Source: Dictyostelium discoideum
Taxonomy: Eukaryota
Assembly (NCBI GenBank): GCA_000004695.1
Contig: CM000154.2
Location: 1,088,001-1,152,000, forward strand
DNA: 64,000 nt
Reading direction: 5' to 3'
The stretch's first letter is position 1. Every line of letters begins with the position of its first letter. A program made the position numbers and the translations under genes. The notes beneath the pieces were generated by a model. It was not told the origin of the DNA and did not search any database. It was given only the letters and a program-made list of their open reading frames with translations. Below, one piece after another: positions 45,923-57,918 of this stretch.

Positions 45923-46443
45923 GGTAAATCATCATCGAAAACATAATCTTCCATACCTTCCATTCTATTTTCATCCATTTCATATTCAGCTAATCTATCA
46001 TTTTGGTCATACAAATCCATATTTTCATCAAAATTTAAAACTCCTTCACCATATTCTTCTTGTTCATCTTCTTCTTCATCATCATCTTTTTCATGTTGAT
46101 TTTCATTTTCATTCATTAATAATTCTGATTGTGTTGGTTTTGTTAATTTTGGTTTTGATGATTTTTGTTTTGGTTTTGGTGATTTCAATTTTTCATTCAA
46201 TTGATTCATTAACATTTTAATACTGTCAGTGGTTGATTCACTTTTTGGTACAGATTCAACTATACCATTTATAATACTTTCATCACGTTTTTGTGTTTTT
46301 TTTATTGTTTTACTTCTGTGTAGTGATAATGGTTTCTTGGTTACATAATGATTGATTTTAACATTATTTATTAAATTTGAAAATATTTTAACATTATTAC
46401 AATAGTTTATTTGATTACTTTTTTGTTGTAAATACCTAAACAT
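44899..46443 (-). CDS. Neugrin (NGRN)-family protein, a putative mitochondrial ribosome/RNA-granule factor, with long N/E/K-rich inserts. It is a single exon of 514 aa.
   Basis: The ATG corresponds to minus 46443-46441. A conserved block, [62 protein letters not shown], aligns with the human Neugrin core (TLTWEAMEQIRYLHEEFPESWSVPRLAEGFDVSTDVIRRVLKSKFLPTLEQKLKQDQKVLKK). The rest is low complexity (polyN, acidic). Confidence 0.55.
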
Positions 46444-46743
46444 ATCGTTTTTATATTTTATTTTATTTTTTTTATTATTATTTATATAAATTACAACTTT
46501 TTTTTCCTAACAAAAAATATTTTTTAAAAAAAAAAAAAAAAACACTTTTTTTTCGTTTTTTCTTTTTTTCGTTATAAAAATTTTTTATTTTTTTTTTTTT
46601 GTCATTTTTTTTTTATTTTTTTTATTTTGGTTTAAATTAAACTAAATTAATTTGTTTTTTTTTTTTTTTTTTTTTTTGGAAATTGTTTTACTTTTTTTTT
46701 TTTTTTTTTTTTTTTGGAAATTATTTTACATAAATATTTATTT

Positions 46744-47224
46744 TTATTTTTTAAGATATTTTGATAACAAATCGAAAATAGTTTTTTCAATAAAATGGCT
46801 CATTTCTGGAATATCTTGTGATATGCTATAACTAAGGAATGTTTGAACTTTAAATTTGATTACTTTTTTTATTTTTAAAAAATATCTAATTAGTATTGAA
46901 AAATAAAAATAAAAATAAAAAATAAATATAAAAATATTTACCAATTCTTTGAGATAGGGAATTTGAAGAATCATTCGATGTTATTGAATTTGATTCTAAT
47001 AAATGAGAGGTCACTGGTGATTTTTCAATTGGAATTTTCATTGAAACTGATAATGTTGAAAAGGTTGGACTATCTGATACCCAAATGAAAATTGGAGAAT
47101 CTTGTGATTTGAAAATATAAAACATAAAATAGATTCTTGTATCTTCAAAATTATCAATATGTTTTTCAATTCTAATATTTGGATCTATATTTTCTAAATC
47201 ATCTGTAATTCTTAAACTTTCCAT
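46744..47224 (-). CDS. Small protein with a weak PSMG4/PAC4 (proteasome assembly chaperone 4) resemblance. Exons are 47224..46942 and 46862..46744 on the minus strand, giving about 133 aa.
   Basis: The ATG corresponds to minus 47224-47222. Exon 1 ([94 protein letters not shown]) ends at a GTAAAT donor. The first in-phase acceptor (..AAAAAAAG) gives exon 2 [39 protein letters not shown]. The pattern LFLWVG...AVAM...IPVSTSLLG...LAQRL...QVFVSYNL of human PSMG4, as I recall it, matches [23 protein letters not shown]...LSQRI...VQTFLSYSI. The acceptor choice is uncertain; two later AGs are also in phase. Confidence 0.4.
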
Positions 47225-47534
47225 CTTTTTCTTTTTTTTCTTTTTTCTTTTTTTTTCTTTTCCCCCTAAATGAAATTCAATTATTATTTTGAAATTTTTT
47301 TATTTTTTTTCTATTTTATTTTAATTAATTTTAACACATAATTTATGATTGGCAAAAAAAAAACCAAACAAAAAAAAAAAAAAATATTAAAATTAAAATT
47401 TATTTTTTTTTAATTTTTTTAATTTTTTTTTTGGAAAAAAAAAGTTTTTTTTTAAAAAACGTAAAAAAACTTTTTTTTTATTTTTTTTTTTATTTATTTT
47501 TTTTCATAGTCATAAAAAACAAAAAAAAGAGAAA

Positions 47535-48500
47535 ATGTCAGCTTTAGGTAGAAATCTTGGTAATTTTATTCAAACTTTTTCAAATAAAACTAGTTCAATT
47601 AAAACTGTTAATGGTTTAAAACGTGGACTTTTACCATGTTGTGGTTCAACCGTTAGACCAATTGCCAAAGATAATCATCACCAATCACCAGTCTTAAATG
47701 TAAACAGATCATCAATTTCAGGTATTAGAACTGAATTATTCAATAGCAATGGTTTAATTACTCAATTCCAAGTTAGACAATATTGCAGTGAATCAAAATT
47801 ACAAGTATCACCAACACCAAAAACTTTATTATCAGAAATTTGTCAAAGAGAAATCACTGATTTCAAAACCATCTTTGAAGATAACAATAACGAAGTCGAT
47901 AGTTTTTTAGAGGAATTTGGTTTCGAATTAACCAAAGAAGGTGACCAAGCATTATTAAAGAAAACTTTTGCCGATGGTACCAACATTGTCATTCGTTTTG
48001 AAACCTTGGAACAACCAATCGAAGAAGATTTCGATGAACAAGACGAAAACGATCAAAATGAACGTGACGAAGATGATGCTGAAGAACAAGAAGAAGACGA
48101 AGTCGAAGAAGAGGAAGAAGAACAACAAGAAGAAGAAGAAGGTGAAAATGATGAAGAATTAACTGAAGGAGCCGAAGAAGATTCCCACGAACACCCATTC
48201 GAAATTGAAGTCACACCAAAAGGTAACGCTTCCGGTAAACTCACTTTTGGTTGTTATGCTTCACACGACGGTAACTACACTGTCTCTGGTTTCTACAAAG
48301 GTGGTTTCGGTGAAACTGTAAACCCAGTCGATATTGGTGGAACTTCAATGGAATTCCAAGACAATATCTTATTAGTTTTACAACAATACGGTATCAATGA
48401 ACGTTTATCTTTCTTCATCCACGATTATGTCCACAACAAGAAAATCAATGATTACGTTGAATCATTCGAAGCCTTAAAAGATTTTGTTTCAAAAGAATAA
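47535..48500 (+). CDS. Mitochondrial glycoprotein MAM33/p32/C1QBP-family protein with an acidic insert. It is a single exon of 321 aa.
   Basis: The ATG is at 47535. The N-terminus looks like a mitochondrial presequence, rich in R/K/S/T with no acidic residues. A very acidic E/D-rich central stretch is followed by the conserved C-terminal signature YVESFEALKDFVSKE (compare C1QBP YITFLEDLKSFVKSQ), with preceding blocks such as FEIEVT..GKLTFGCYAS. Confidence 0.65.
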   Translation: MSALGRNLGNFIQTFSNKTSSIKTVNGLKRGLLPCCGSTVRPIAKDNHHQSPVLNVNRSSISGIRTELFNSNGLITQFQVRQYCSESKLQVSPTPKTLLSEICQREITDFKTIFEDNNNEVDSFLEEFGFELTKEGDQALLKKTFADGTNIVIRFETLEQPIEEDFDEQDENDQNERDEDDAEEQEEDEVEEEEEEQQEEEEGENDEELTEGAEEDSHEHPFEIEVTPKGNASGKLTFGCYASHDGNYTVSGFYKGGFGETVNPVDIGGTSMEFQDNILLVLQQYGINERLSFFIHDYVHNKKINDYVESFEALKDFVSKE

Positions 48501-48854
48501 ATTAAATTTTAAATAAAAAAAATAAAAAAAAAAAAATAAAAAAAAAGATAATAAAAAAAAAAAAAAAAAAAAATTTTAAAATAATATTAAAAAAACCCAA
48601 TCAAATAATTTCCATTTTTTTATTATTATTATTATTTTTTTTATAATAAATATTTATATTGCTTTATTTGAAATTATTTCAACTTTTTACTTTATATACT
48701 TATTATAAATTTTTTTAATTATTTTTTTTTTTTTCCACTTTTTTTTTTTTTTTCTTATTTATTTTATTTTTTTTATTTTATTTTTTATTTTCTTTATTTT
48801 TTAAATTATTTGTTATTAATTTTTGATATATTTTGATATATTTGTTTCATTCTA

Positions 48855-49508
48855 ATGTCAGGGAAAATTAATTGTAGAGATATAAACAATAACCAAAACA
48901 ATAAAAAAAATAAAAATGAAAATGAATTTAAATTAATATATAATAGTATTAATTTATTAATGGAAAATTTTCAAAATCACAAAGAAGAAATTAAAAAATA
49001 CCAATTTCAAATTCAAAAATTGCAAGATCAATTATTAAAGAGTAAATAATTTTTTAATTATTATTTATTCAATTTTATTTTTTTTAATTATTATCTGTTT
49101 ATTTTATTTTTCTTTTTTTTTTTTTTTTTTTTTCACTTTTTTTTTTTTTTAATATTAATTAAATAAAAGAGGATATTATAATTGAAGAGTTAAATCAAAA
49201 GTATAATGAAGTTATTCAAAAAAAGTGGAAAACCGATTTTTATAGAGATCTATTGATTTGTTTTGAAGAGGAATTTATTACATTTTCAAAAGAAAAGAAA
49301 AGATTAAATTCAATTATTGGTGAACTTACATCGAAATCAACCAATTCACAAAATAGTCAACCCATTGTTAAAACAATTCCAGTACCATTTAATAGTAAAA
49401 GATCACAACCAAAAACATTTGAAATAAAAAATTCACAATCCCAATCAAAAACAAAACAACCTATTTCCGGTAATATTAATGGTATTGGTAAAACCATAAA
49501 TAATAATC

Positions 49509-49585
<77 letters not shown>

Positions 49586-49735
49586 AAACAAAAACAACAG
49601 CAACATCAACAACAATATTTTGATAAACAATTGGATATTGAAAAGGATATTGAAGAGTGCGAAGACAATGGTGATGATGATTTTGAAGATTATGAAGAGG
49701 GATTATTGAACCAAATAGGATTGGACTCAATGTAA
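48855..49735 (+). CDS. Hypothetical coiled-coil protein with a poly-Q tract and an acidic C-terminus. Exons are 48855..49041 and 49170..49735, giving about 250 aa.
   Basis: The ATG is at 48855. Exon 1 (..KKYQFQIQKLQDQLLK) ends in phase 1 at the GTAAAT donor at 49042. The intron is 128 nt and AT-rich, with the AG at 49168-49169. Exon 2 is in phase (K|DIIIEELNQKYNEVIQKKWKTDFYRDLLICFEEEF...) and contains a Q44-like run and DDDFEDYEEG. The track's start at 49253 is a TTG. I recognise no homolog. Confidence 0.45.
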
Positions 49736-49827
49736 ATACAATAAAGTTTTTTTTTTTTTTTTTTTGAAATTTTAAATATACATTTTTTTGATTATCTTTA
49801 TTTAAATACAATGATGTACAATCTTTT

Positions 49828-49859
<32 letters not shown>

Positions 49860-49933
49860 TTTTTTTGATAATCTATTATTATTAATATTATTGAGATTTT
49901 TTTTATTATTATGTCATTATTATTGTTATTTTA

Positions 49934-50329
49934 TTAGGAAGATTGAGGTGCTGTAGTTTTTTGATTTCTTTGTTGATGAACTCTTGCTACTTTGTCATAA
50001 ATCTCTTTGAATGTTTTCTCACCAAATTCCTATAATTTTTAAAAAAAAAAAAATAAAAAAAAAAAAAATAAATTAGTTAGTGAAGTTGAATTTTAAATTT
50101 TAAATTAAAAATTAAACCATATACTTGAATATGGATAAAAAATATATATATATTGATATTTTACTTGAACGATTGGTTGTTGTAATTGTCCTTTAATGAT
50201 GAAATCTTCAATTGAGCAATATTCAGCTGAACTTTGGATTGTTCTATCTCTTGATCCTAAAATAACATATCCACCACTAACATAAACAAAGATATAATTT
50301 TCACCACCTTTTTTGAGCTCCCAAGCCAT
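49934..50329 (-). CDS. Small hypothetical protein of about 86 aa. Exons are 50329..50165 and 50029..49934 on the minus strand.
   Basis: The ATG corresponds to minus 50329-50327. Exon 1 (MAWELKKGGENYIFVYVSGGYVILGSRDRTIQSSAEYCSIEDFIIKGQLQQPIVQ) ends in phase 0 at a GTAAAA donor. The intron is 135 nt, with a TATAG acceptor. Exon 2 reads EFGEKTFKEIYDKVARVHQQRNQKTTAPQSS*. Codon usage looks coding and not low-complexity. I could not place the family. Confidence 0.45.
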
Positions 50330-50465
50330 TTTATTTTATATATTTTATTTTATTTTAATTTTTATTTTATTTTAATTTCTTTTTAATATCCTTTTTTATT
50401 TTATTTTTTTCAATATCCTTTTTTATTTTTTTCTGATTTTACAATAAATAAATATCACCTAATTG

Positions 50466-50500
<35 letters not shown>

Positions 50501-50663
50501 CTCTTTCTCCCCTCTTTTTTGAATAATAATAAAAAAAAGGTACCTTTAAATTATAAATATTATTTTTTTTTTTTTTTTTTTTTTTTCCTAATTCCTTAAA
50601 AAAAAGTTTATAATCTACCAATACATGAAAATAATTAAAAAAAAAAAAAAAAAATTTTTTTTA

Positions 50664-50702
<39 letters not shown>

Positions 50703-51462
50703 GATTATTTTTATTTTTTTTATTTTTTATTTTTATTTTTTTTTTTAAAGTAAACATTTTTTTGATTATTTTTTGATTATTTTTTTTTATTTTTTTAATT
50801 TTTTATTTTTATCTTTTTTTTTAATTTCCTTAAATCTTTTAATTTTTTAATTTTTTTTTTTAATTTTTTTTATTTTATTTTATTATTTTTTTTTTTTTTG
50901 TATTAATGGTTTGATATATTTTGAAGATTAAAAAAAAAAAAAAAAATGAAAAAAAATAAAATTATTGAAAATCTATTTTTTTCTTTTTTTTTTTTTTTTA
51001 AGGGTTATAATTTTAATATTAGTTTTTTAGATTGACCAAAAAACCTGGATAATTTATCCGTTTGTGTCAAACCTTTTTCCAATTTATTTTTTTTCCGAAT
51101 CTTTCTAGTTTTTTTTTTTTTTTGAAACATTCTTTATAATGGCCATCATAAAGAATGTTTTTAATGGTCTTTTAAATAAAACATTTTTTTCAATTTTTTT
51201 AAAAAAAAAAAAAAAAAAAAAACTAACAAAGAAATAAGAAGATGGTTCAAGAAAATAATATTTTAACAAATTTTATTTTCAATTAACTCACCAAGTAAAT
51301 ATATAATAATTAAAAAAAAAAAAAAAAAAAAACTCCTAATGATTATTTTAAATATTTTTTCTATAAAAGTGATTGTGAAATAAAAAATATTATGGTATAC
51401 ATAAATTTATTTATTTAAATAATTGTTTCTTTTTTTTTATTATTTATTTTTTTAAAAAGTTA

Positions 51463-52026
51463 TTAATTCAATCCATGGCCAGATTGTCCAGGAATAAAGT
51501 GACCAGTTTGACCAGAGTTTGAACCAGATCCTGAAGTACCAGAACCAGATGATGAATAACCAGTACCAGTTGAATCACGTGAACTTGAACTTGAGCTATC
51601 ACGAGATGTAGATGAATGTGAACCATGTTGTCTTAATTCATTTTGAGTATTACAAAAACCCCAAGAATCCTTACATAAACCATTATTGTAAGAATCCCAT
51701 CCATTGAAACCAAATTCAAGGTAAACCATTTCAGCACATTGAGTATTTAATTTGATATCGGCTAAATCAATCTCACTATTACAAATTGATTTACAAACTG
51801 TATTGCAATGCTCTTTTTTCAAATTCCAAAGACCAATTGAATCAGATTTTGGATTGATTGCTTCGTTATATGCAATACACATCATTTCATCAACAATGGT
51901 TTCGTCGAAATATTCTTTAACTAAACTTTGAATTTTATCACATGGTGAAAATACTAATGCGTTTGTTAAACTTAAACATAATGCTGATGCAATTGTAATT
52001 GTTGAAATTAAATTTGAAACTTTCAT
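51463..52026 (-). CDS. Secreted C-type lysozyme/alpha-lactalbumin-like (GH22-like) protein with a Ser/Gly-rich C-terminal tail. It is a single exon of 187 aa.
   Basis: The ATG corresponds to minus 52026-52024. The N-terminus is a signal peptide, MKVSNLISTITIASALCLSLTNA. An eight-Cys core has spacing reminiscent of lysozyme C (..SIGLWNLKKEHC..C.SIC..IDLADIKLNTQCAEMVY...GWDSYNNGLCKDSWGFC). The tail reads SRDSSSSSSRDSTGTGYSSSGSGTSGSGSNSGQTGH. Confidence 0.5.
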   Translation of the reverse strand: MKVSNLISTITIASALCLSLTNALVFSPCDKIQSLVKEYFDETIVDEMMCIAYNEAINPKSDSIGLWNLKKEHCNTVCKSICNSEIDLADIKLNTQCAEMVYLEFGFNGWDSYNNGLCKDSWGFCNTQNELRQHGSHSSTSRDSSSSSSRDSTGTGYSSSGSGTSGSGSNSGQTGHFIPGQSGHGLN

Positions 52027-52240
52027 TTTGTCAAAATTTATTATTATTATTGTTTTTATTTTATTTTTTGTTTTTATTTGATTAATTAAAAAAAAAAAAA
52101 AAACAATCTTTAAATAGACCCAATTACATCATCAAAAAAAAAAAAATAATTAAAAATAAAAATTTAAAAAAAAATAATTAAAAAAATCTTCAAGATTTTT
52201 TTAAAAAAATATCCAATTCTATTTTTTTGATTTGAAACAT

Positions 52241-52334
52241 CAATTCGAGAAATAAAAAAATATCTGCTATTTTAAAAATAATTTTAAATTTATTCGAGAG
52301 CCACTATTAATAATTGTTTTTCCTATTCGAGAGG
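52241..52334. promoter_or_regulatory. Three copies of an ATTCGAGA(A/G) motif, 215-310 bp upstream of the lysozyme-like gene start.
   Basis: caATTCGAGAa is at 52241-52251, ttATTCGAGAg at 52291-52300 and ctATTCGAGAg at 52323-52332. These are G/C-containing islands in an otherwise A/T-only promoter region. Confidence 0.35.
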
Positions 52335-52453
52335 TAAATCAATTATTAAAGTATTTATTAATTTTAAAAATAAAACTAAAATTAAATAAAGTTATTTTGA
52401 AATTTCTTTTTACTTTTTATTGCATATATAAAAAAAATCCCAAACCTGGAAAT

Positions 52454-52494
<41 letters not shown>

Positions 52495-53267
52495 TCTTTT
52501 TTTTTTTAAAATAAATTGATTTTTTTTCTTTTTTTTTATTAAACTCTTTTTTTTTTTTTTTTTTTTTTTTTTTGCAGAAAATTTATTATTAAAAAGAAAT
52601 AATTCAATAAAACAAGTAAAAAAGAAAAAAAAATTATGATCTATTTTTTATTTGTTTGTGAGTGACTTTTGGAAATTTTTTTATTTTTGTGGCGAAGTTG
52701 ATCGGGAAAAAAAAAAAAAAAATTAAAAAAAAAAATAAAAATAAAAAAAAAAAAAAATATACCGAAGTTAGTGGCGTTTTACCAAAATCCGTTTTAAAAA
52801 AAAAATTAAATAAAAATAAAAATAATTAAAAAAAAAAAATTTGTCCTTCACCTCTTGGTTGCATATTTTTTCTATTATTATTTTTTTTTTTTTTTTTTTT
52901 TTTTTTTAGCTCTACGGAGATTCACAGAGTTAAAACATTTTTACAAAAATAATTTAATTTCACCACCCACACACACAATTTAAATATTTTTTTATTTTTT
53001 TATTTATTTTTTTTTTTCTCGCAATTTAAATAAAATTTTTACTTTATTTTATTTTTCTTTAAGTTCACACCATAAAATTTAAATCTATTATAATAAATTA
53101 TTGTAAATAAATAATAATAATAAAAAAAAAAACATAAGTTCAAAAAAAAAATATAAAATAAAAAAATAAAAAAAAATCGAAAGGTCGTCATCGTAAAAAG
53201 TTTTTTTTTTTTAATTTCACAACTTACATATATTAAACGAAAATAATAAATAAAAATAAAAATAAAA

Positions 53268-56200
53268 ATGACAATTCAACAATTTTATAGAAAACCAGCA
53301 ATTTCAGAATATGAAATTAAATTATTAAAAAATAATTTAAAGAAACAACATAATATTGATATTGAATCAATTGAAACTGAATATTGTTTCAATGTTCAAT
53401 ATCCCGATAATCATAAATTAAATGAATCGGAGCAATCAACATTGGTATGGTTATTATCAGAAACCTTTGAGCCAAAGAATTTCTCAATTGATAAATCATT
53501 TTTAAAAACCACTACCACCACCACCGAAAATGAAATTATAATTGAAGTTGGACCACGTATGAATTTCACAACTACCTATTCATCAAATGCAACATCGATT
53601 TGTAAATCATGTAATCTTTCAATAATTGATAGAATTGAACGTTCCAGACGTTATTTAGTTAAATCAGTATCGAAATTATCAGAGAAACAAATTGACCAAT
53701 TTTTAGAACTAATTCATGATAGAATGACAGAATGTCTTTATCCAACACCAATTAAATCCTTTGATACTGGCATCATTCCAAAAGCAGTGGTTTACATTCC
53801 AGTTGTTGAAGAAGGTCGTGCCGCTTTGGAGAGAGTAAACAAAGAGATGGGTTTAGCATTTGATGAACAAGATTTAGCATTATATACCGATTTATTCCAA
53901 AATCAATTAAAACGTAATCCTAGTGATGTAGAATGTTTTGATATTGGTCAATCAAACTCTGAACATAGTCGTCATTGGTTCTTTAATGGTAAATTAATTG
54001 TTGATGGTAATATGTCTGATAAAACTTTATTTCAAATTGTTAAAAATACTTTAAAAGCAAATCCTCAAAATTCTTTAATTGCATTTTCTGATAATTCTTC
54101 AAGTATAAAGTAATTATTAAATAATTTAATTTAATTTTTATTATTAATATATTAATATTTTTAATTTTATTTTATTAAAAAAAAAAAAAAAAAGAGGATT
54201 TAAAACAAAAGTTTTAATTCCAAAATCACAAATTGAAGCAAGTGAATATTTAGAAGGTGAAAGAGAACAACCAATTATTTTTACAGCAGAAACACATAAT
54301 TTTCCAACTGGTATTGCACCATTTGAAGGTGCAGAGACAGGTACTGGTGGTAGATTAAGAGATACACATGCAACTGGTAGAGGTTCATTGGTTGTTGCAG
54401 GTACAGTTGGTTATTGTGTTGGTAATTTAAATATTCCAGGTTATGAATTACCATGGGAGAATAAAGAATACAATTATCCAGATAATATGGCAAATCCATT
54501 AAAGATTGAAATTGAAGCATCCAATGGTGCCTCTGATTATGGTAATAAATTTGGTGAACCTGTCATCATTGGTTTCACTCGTTCCTATGGTAATACACTT
54601 CCAAATGGTGAAAGAAGAGAATGGATTAAACCAATTATGTTCTCTGGTGGTATTGGATTTATGGATGAACGTCATCTTAAAAAGGAACAACCAGAGATTG
54701 GTATGGTGGTAGTTAAAGCAGGTGGTCCAGCCTATCGTATTGGTATGGGTGGTGGTTCAGCCTCGTCAATGGTTGGTGGTGATAATAAACATGAATTGGA
54801 TTTTTCAGCTGTTCAAAGAGGTGATGCTGAAATGGGCCAAAAGTTAAATAGAATCGTTAGATCCTGTGTAGAATCTGAAATTCATGGTGGTTGTAATCCA
54901 ATAGTTAGTGTCCACGATCAAGGTGCCGGTGGTGCAGGTAATGTTCTCAAGGAGATTGTCGATCCATTGGGCGCAAAGATTTATTTAGATCGTATCATCT
55001 CTGGTGATCCAACTTTATCGGCTATGGAAATTTGGGGCGCAGAATATCAAGAGAATGACGCACTCCTCATCAAGGCTGAGCATAAAGATTATTTAAAGAA
55101 AGTATCAGAAAGAGAAAGATTACCAATTGCATTCGTTGGTGATGTCACTGGTGATGGTATCGCTCAGTTGATTACAAAAGATGGTGAAACTCCAGTTAAT
55201 TTACCATTGGATAAAGTTTTACAAAAGATGCCACCAAAAACCTTTGTATTGGATCATGTTGAGAAACAATTGAAACCATTCACACTTCCAAAGGAATTGT
55301 TGGTTGGAGATCATCAAACATGTTTTAATGAATGTTTAAACAGAGTATTGAGATTATTATCAGTTGGTTCAAAACGTTTCTTAATCAATAAAGTCGATAG
55401 AGCAGTAACAGGCTTAGTTGCAAGACAACAATGTGTTGGTCCATTACATACACCAGTTTCAAATGTTGCTGTGATTAGCAGTGGTTACTTTGGCAAGAGT
55501 GGCGCTGCAACATCCATTGGTGAACAACCAATCAAAGGTTTCATCTCTGCAAAATCAATGGCTTATTTAACCGTCGGTGAAGCATTAACCAATTTAATGT
55601 GGGCAAGTATCACTGATTTGGGCGATGTTAAATGCTCAGGTAATTGGATGTGGGCTGCCAAATTAAAGGGTGAAGGTGTTGAACTTTATGATGCCGCCAT
55701 TGAAATGCATGACGTTATGGTTGAATTGGGTATTGCCATCGATGGTGGTAAGGATTCATTATCTATGGCTGCAAAAGCACCAAAATCAGATGGTTCACAA
55801 GAATTGGTAAAGGCACCAGGTGCATTGGTAGTTTCAACCTATGTACCATGCGATGATATCACATTGACCGTTACACCAGATCTTAAATTATCATCAAAAG
55901 ATGATAGTGTAATCCTCTATTTAGATTTAGGTTGTGCTAATAATTTCATTGGTGGTAGTGCATTAACCCAAGTTTTCAATCAAGTTGGTAATGATGAACC
56001 ACATCATAATACTCCATTATTAAAGAATACCTTTATGGCAATTCAAAAATTAGTTAAACAACAATTAATTTCAGCAGGTCATGATAGAAGTGACGGTGGT
56101 TTAATTACTACTTTAATTGAAATGTCTTTATCAGGTAATAGAGGTTTAGAAATTAATTTACCAGATACCCATAATTCCGATCAATCACCATTATCAATCA

Positions 56201-57420
56201 TTAAATTATTATTCTCAGAGGAATTAGGTGCAGTTTTAGAAATTAAAAAATCAAATCAACAAATTGTTTTAGATATTTTAAAACAATTTAATGTACCAAC
56301 TCAAGTTATTGGTAATACATCATGTAATAATAATAATAATAATAATAATAATGGTAGTGATGAGGATTTGTTTATTGTTAAAGTTGGTGATAAATTAATT
56401 TATAATATAAAATTATCACAATTATCAAAACAATGGGAAGAAACAAGTTATCAATTAGAATTACTTCAAGCTAATCCAACATTTGTCGAGAGTGAAATGA
56501 AGAACCTTTTAAAGAGAGCAACAGGTAAAGGTAAAGGTCCAAATTATAATATGACCTATAAGATATCACCAATTAGTAAAGAGTTGGCTTTGTTAGCTAA
56601 TAAGGCTCCAAAGGTTGCAGTGATTAGAGAGGAGGGTAGCAATGGTGATAGAGAGATGGCAGCAGCATTCCATTTTGCAGGTTTCCAAGCATTCGATGTA
56701 ACAATGTCTGATCTTTTAAATGGTAACATTCAATTGGATGAAAGATTTAAAGGTGTTGCATTCGTTGGTGGTTTCTCATATGGCGATGTCATGGATTCAG
56801 CTAAAGGTTGGGCAGGCTCAATTCGTTTCAATCAACAAGTTTCAAAACAATTTGATCATTTCTATGGTAGAAACGATACTTTTTCATTGGGTCTTTGCAA
56901 TGGTTGCCAATTGATGGCTTTGCTTGGCTGGGTGCCATATAGAGGTATTGAACAAACTCATCAACCTCGTTTCATTCATAACGCATCCGGTCGTTTCGAA
57001 TCTCGTTGGGTCAATGTTAAAATTATGCCATCACCTGCATTACTCTTGAAAGGTATGGAAGGCTCAGTACTTGGTGTTTGGTCTCAACATGGTGAAGGTC
57101 GTTTCTGGAGTGAAGATCAATCAATTGTCAATGATATCAAAGCTAACAATCTCTCACCAATTCGTTATGTCGATGATGATGGTGAAATCACTGAATCCTA
57201 TCCATTCAATCCATCTGGTACTCAAGAGGGTTTCGCTTCCTTATGCTCAAAAGATGGTAGACATTTAGCAATTATGCCACATCCAGAACGTTCTTTCCTC
57301 TCTTGGCAATGGCCATTCATGCCTGAAAATATTAAACAAAATGTTGGTGGTTTAGATCAACCATCACCTTGGATTAAAATTTTCCAAAATGCTAAATCAT
57401 TTTGTGATTCTTTAAATTAA
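53268..57420 (+). CDS. purL: Phosphoribosylformylglycinamidine (FGAM) synthase, purine biosynthesis step 4. Exons are 53268..54109 and 54195..57420, giving 1355 aa.
   Basis: The ATG is at 53268. Exon 1 ends ..IAFSDNSSSIK in phase 2 at the GTAATT donor at 54110. The intron is 85 nt, with the AG at 54193-54194. Exon 2 reads KGFKTKVLIPK...IIFTAETHNFPTGIAPFEGAETGTGGRLRD...ASNGASDYGNKFGEPV..., and the C-terminal glutamine amidotransferase domain has ..GLCNGCQLMALLG..HGEGRF. The match to human PFAS is strong throughout. The stop is TAA at 57418-57420. Confidence 0.9.
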
Positions 57421-57887
57421 TTTTTTTAAAAAAAAAACAAAAACAAACAAAAAAATAAATAAATAAATAAAAAATTTAAATAAATAAAATTATATTTTAT
57501 TTTATTTTTTTTAAAGAGTTAAATTTTTTTTTTTTTTTTTTTTTTTTTAATCTAATTTGGAATGAAATATTTAAATTATTTAAATCTAATTTTTTTTAAT
57601 TTTTTTTTTTTTTTTTGGATATTTCAGATATTGTTAAGAAGAATTGGTTAGTAGAAGATTTGAAAATAAATGGTTTCTTAATTTTTTTAACCAATATAAT
57701 TATATTTTTAAAAACAAATATTTCTGCTCTTTAACATTAATGTGCCAAAAAGTTAAATAAAGGAGATAATAAAAATAGATTCATTTTTTGATTTTATTTT
57801 TTCTTTTATTATTTTTTTTATTTTATAAAGATGATCATCCGACCTTTTTATTTAGTTAATCAAAAATAATATATAGTTGATTAATAT

Positions 57888-57918
<31 letters not shown>

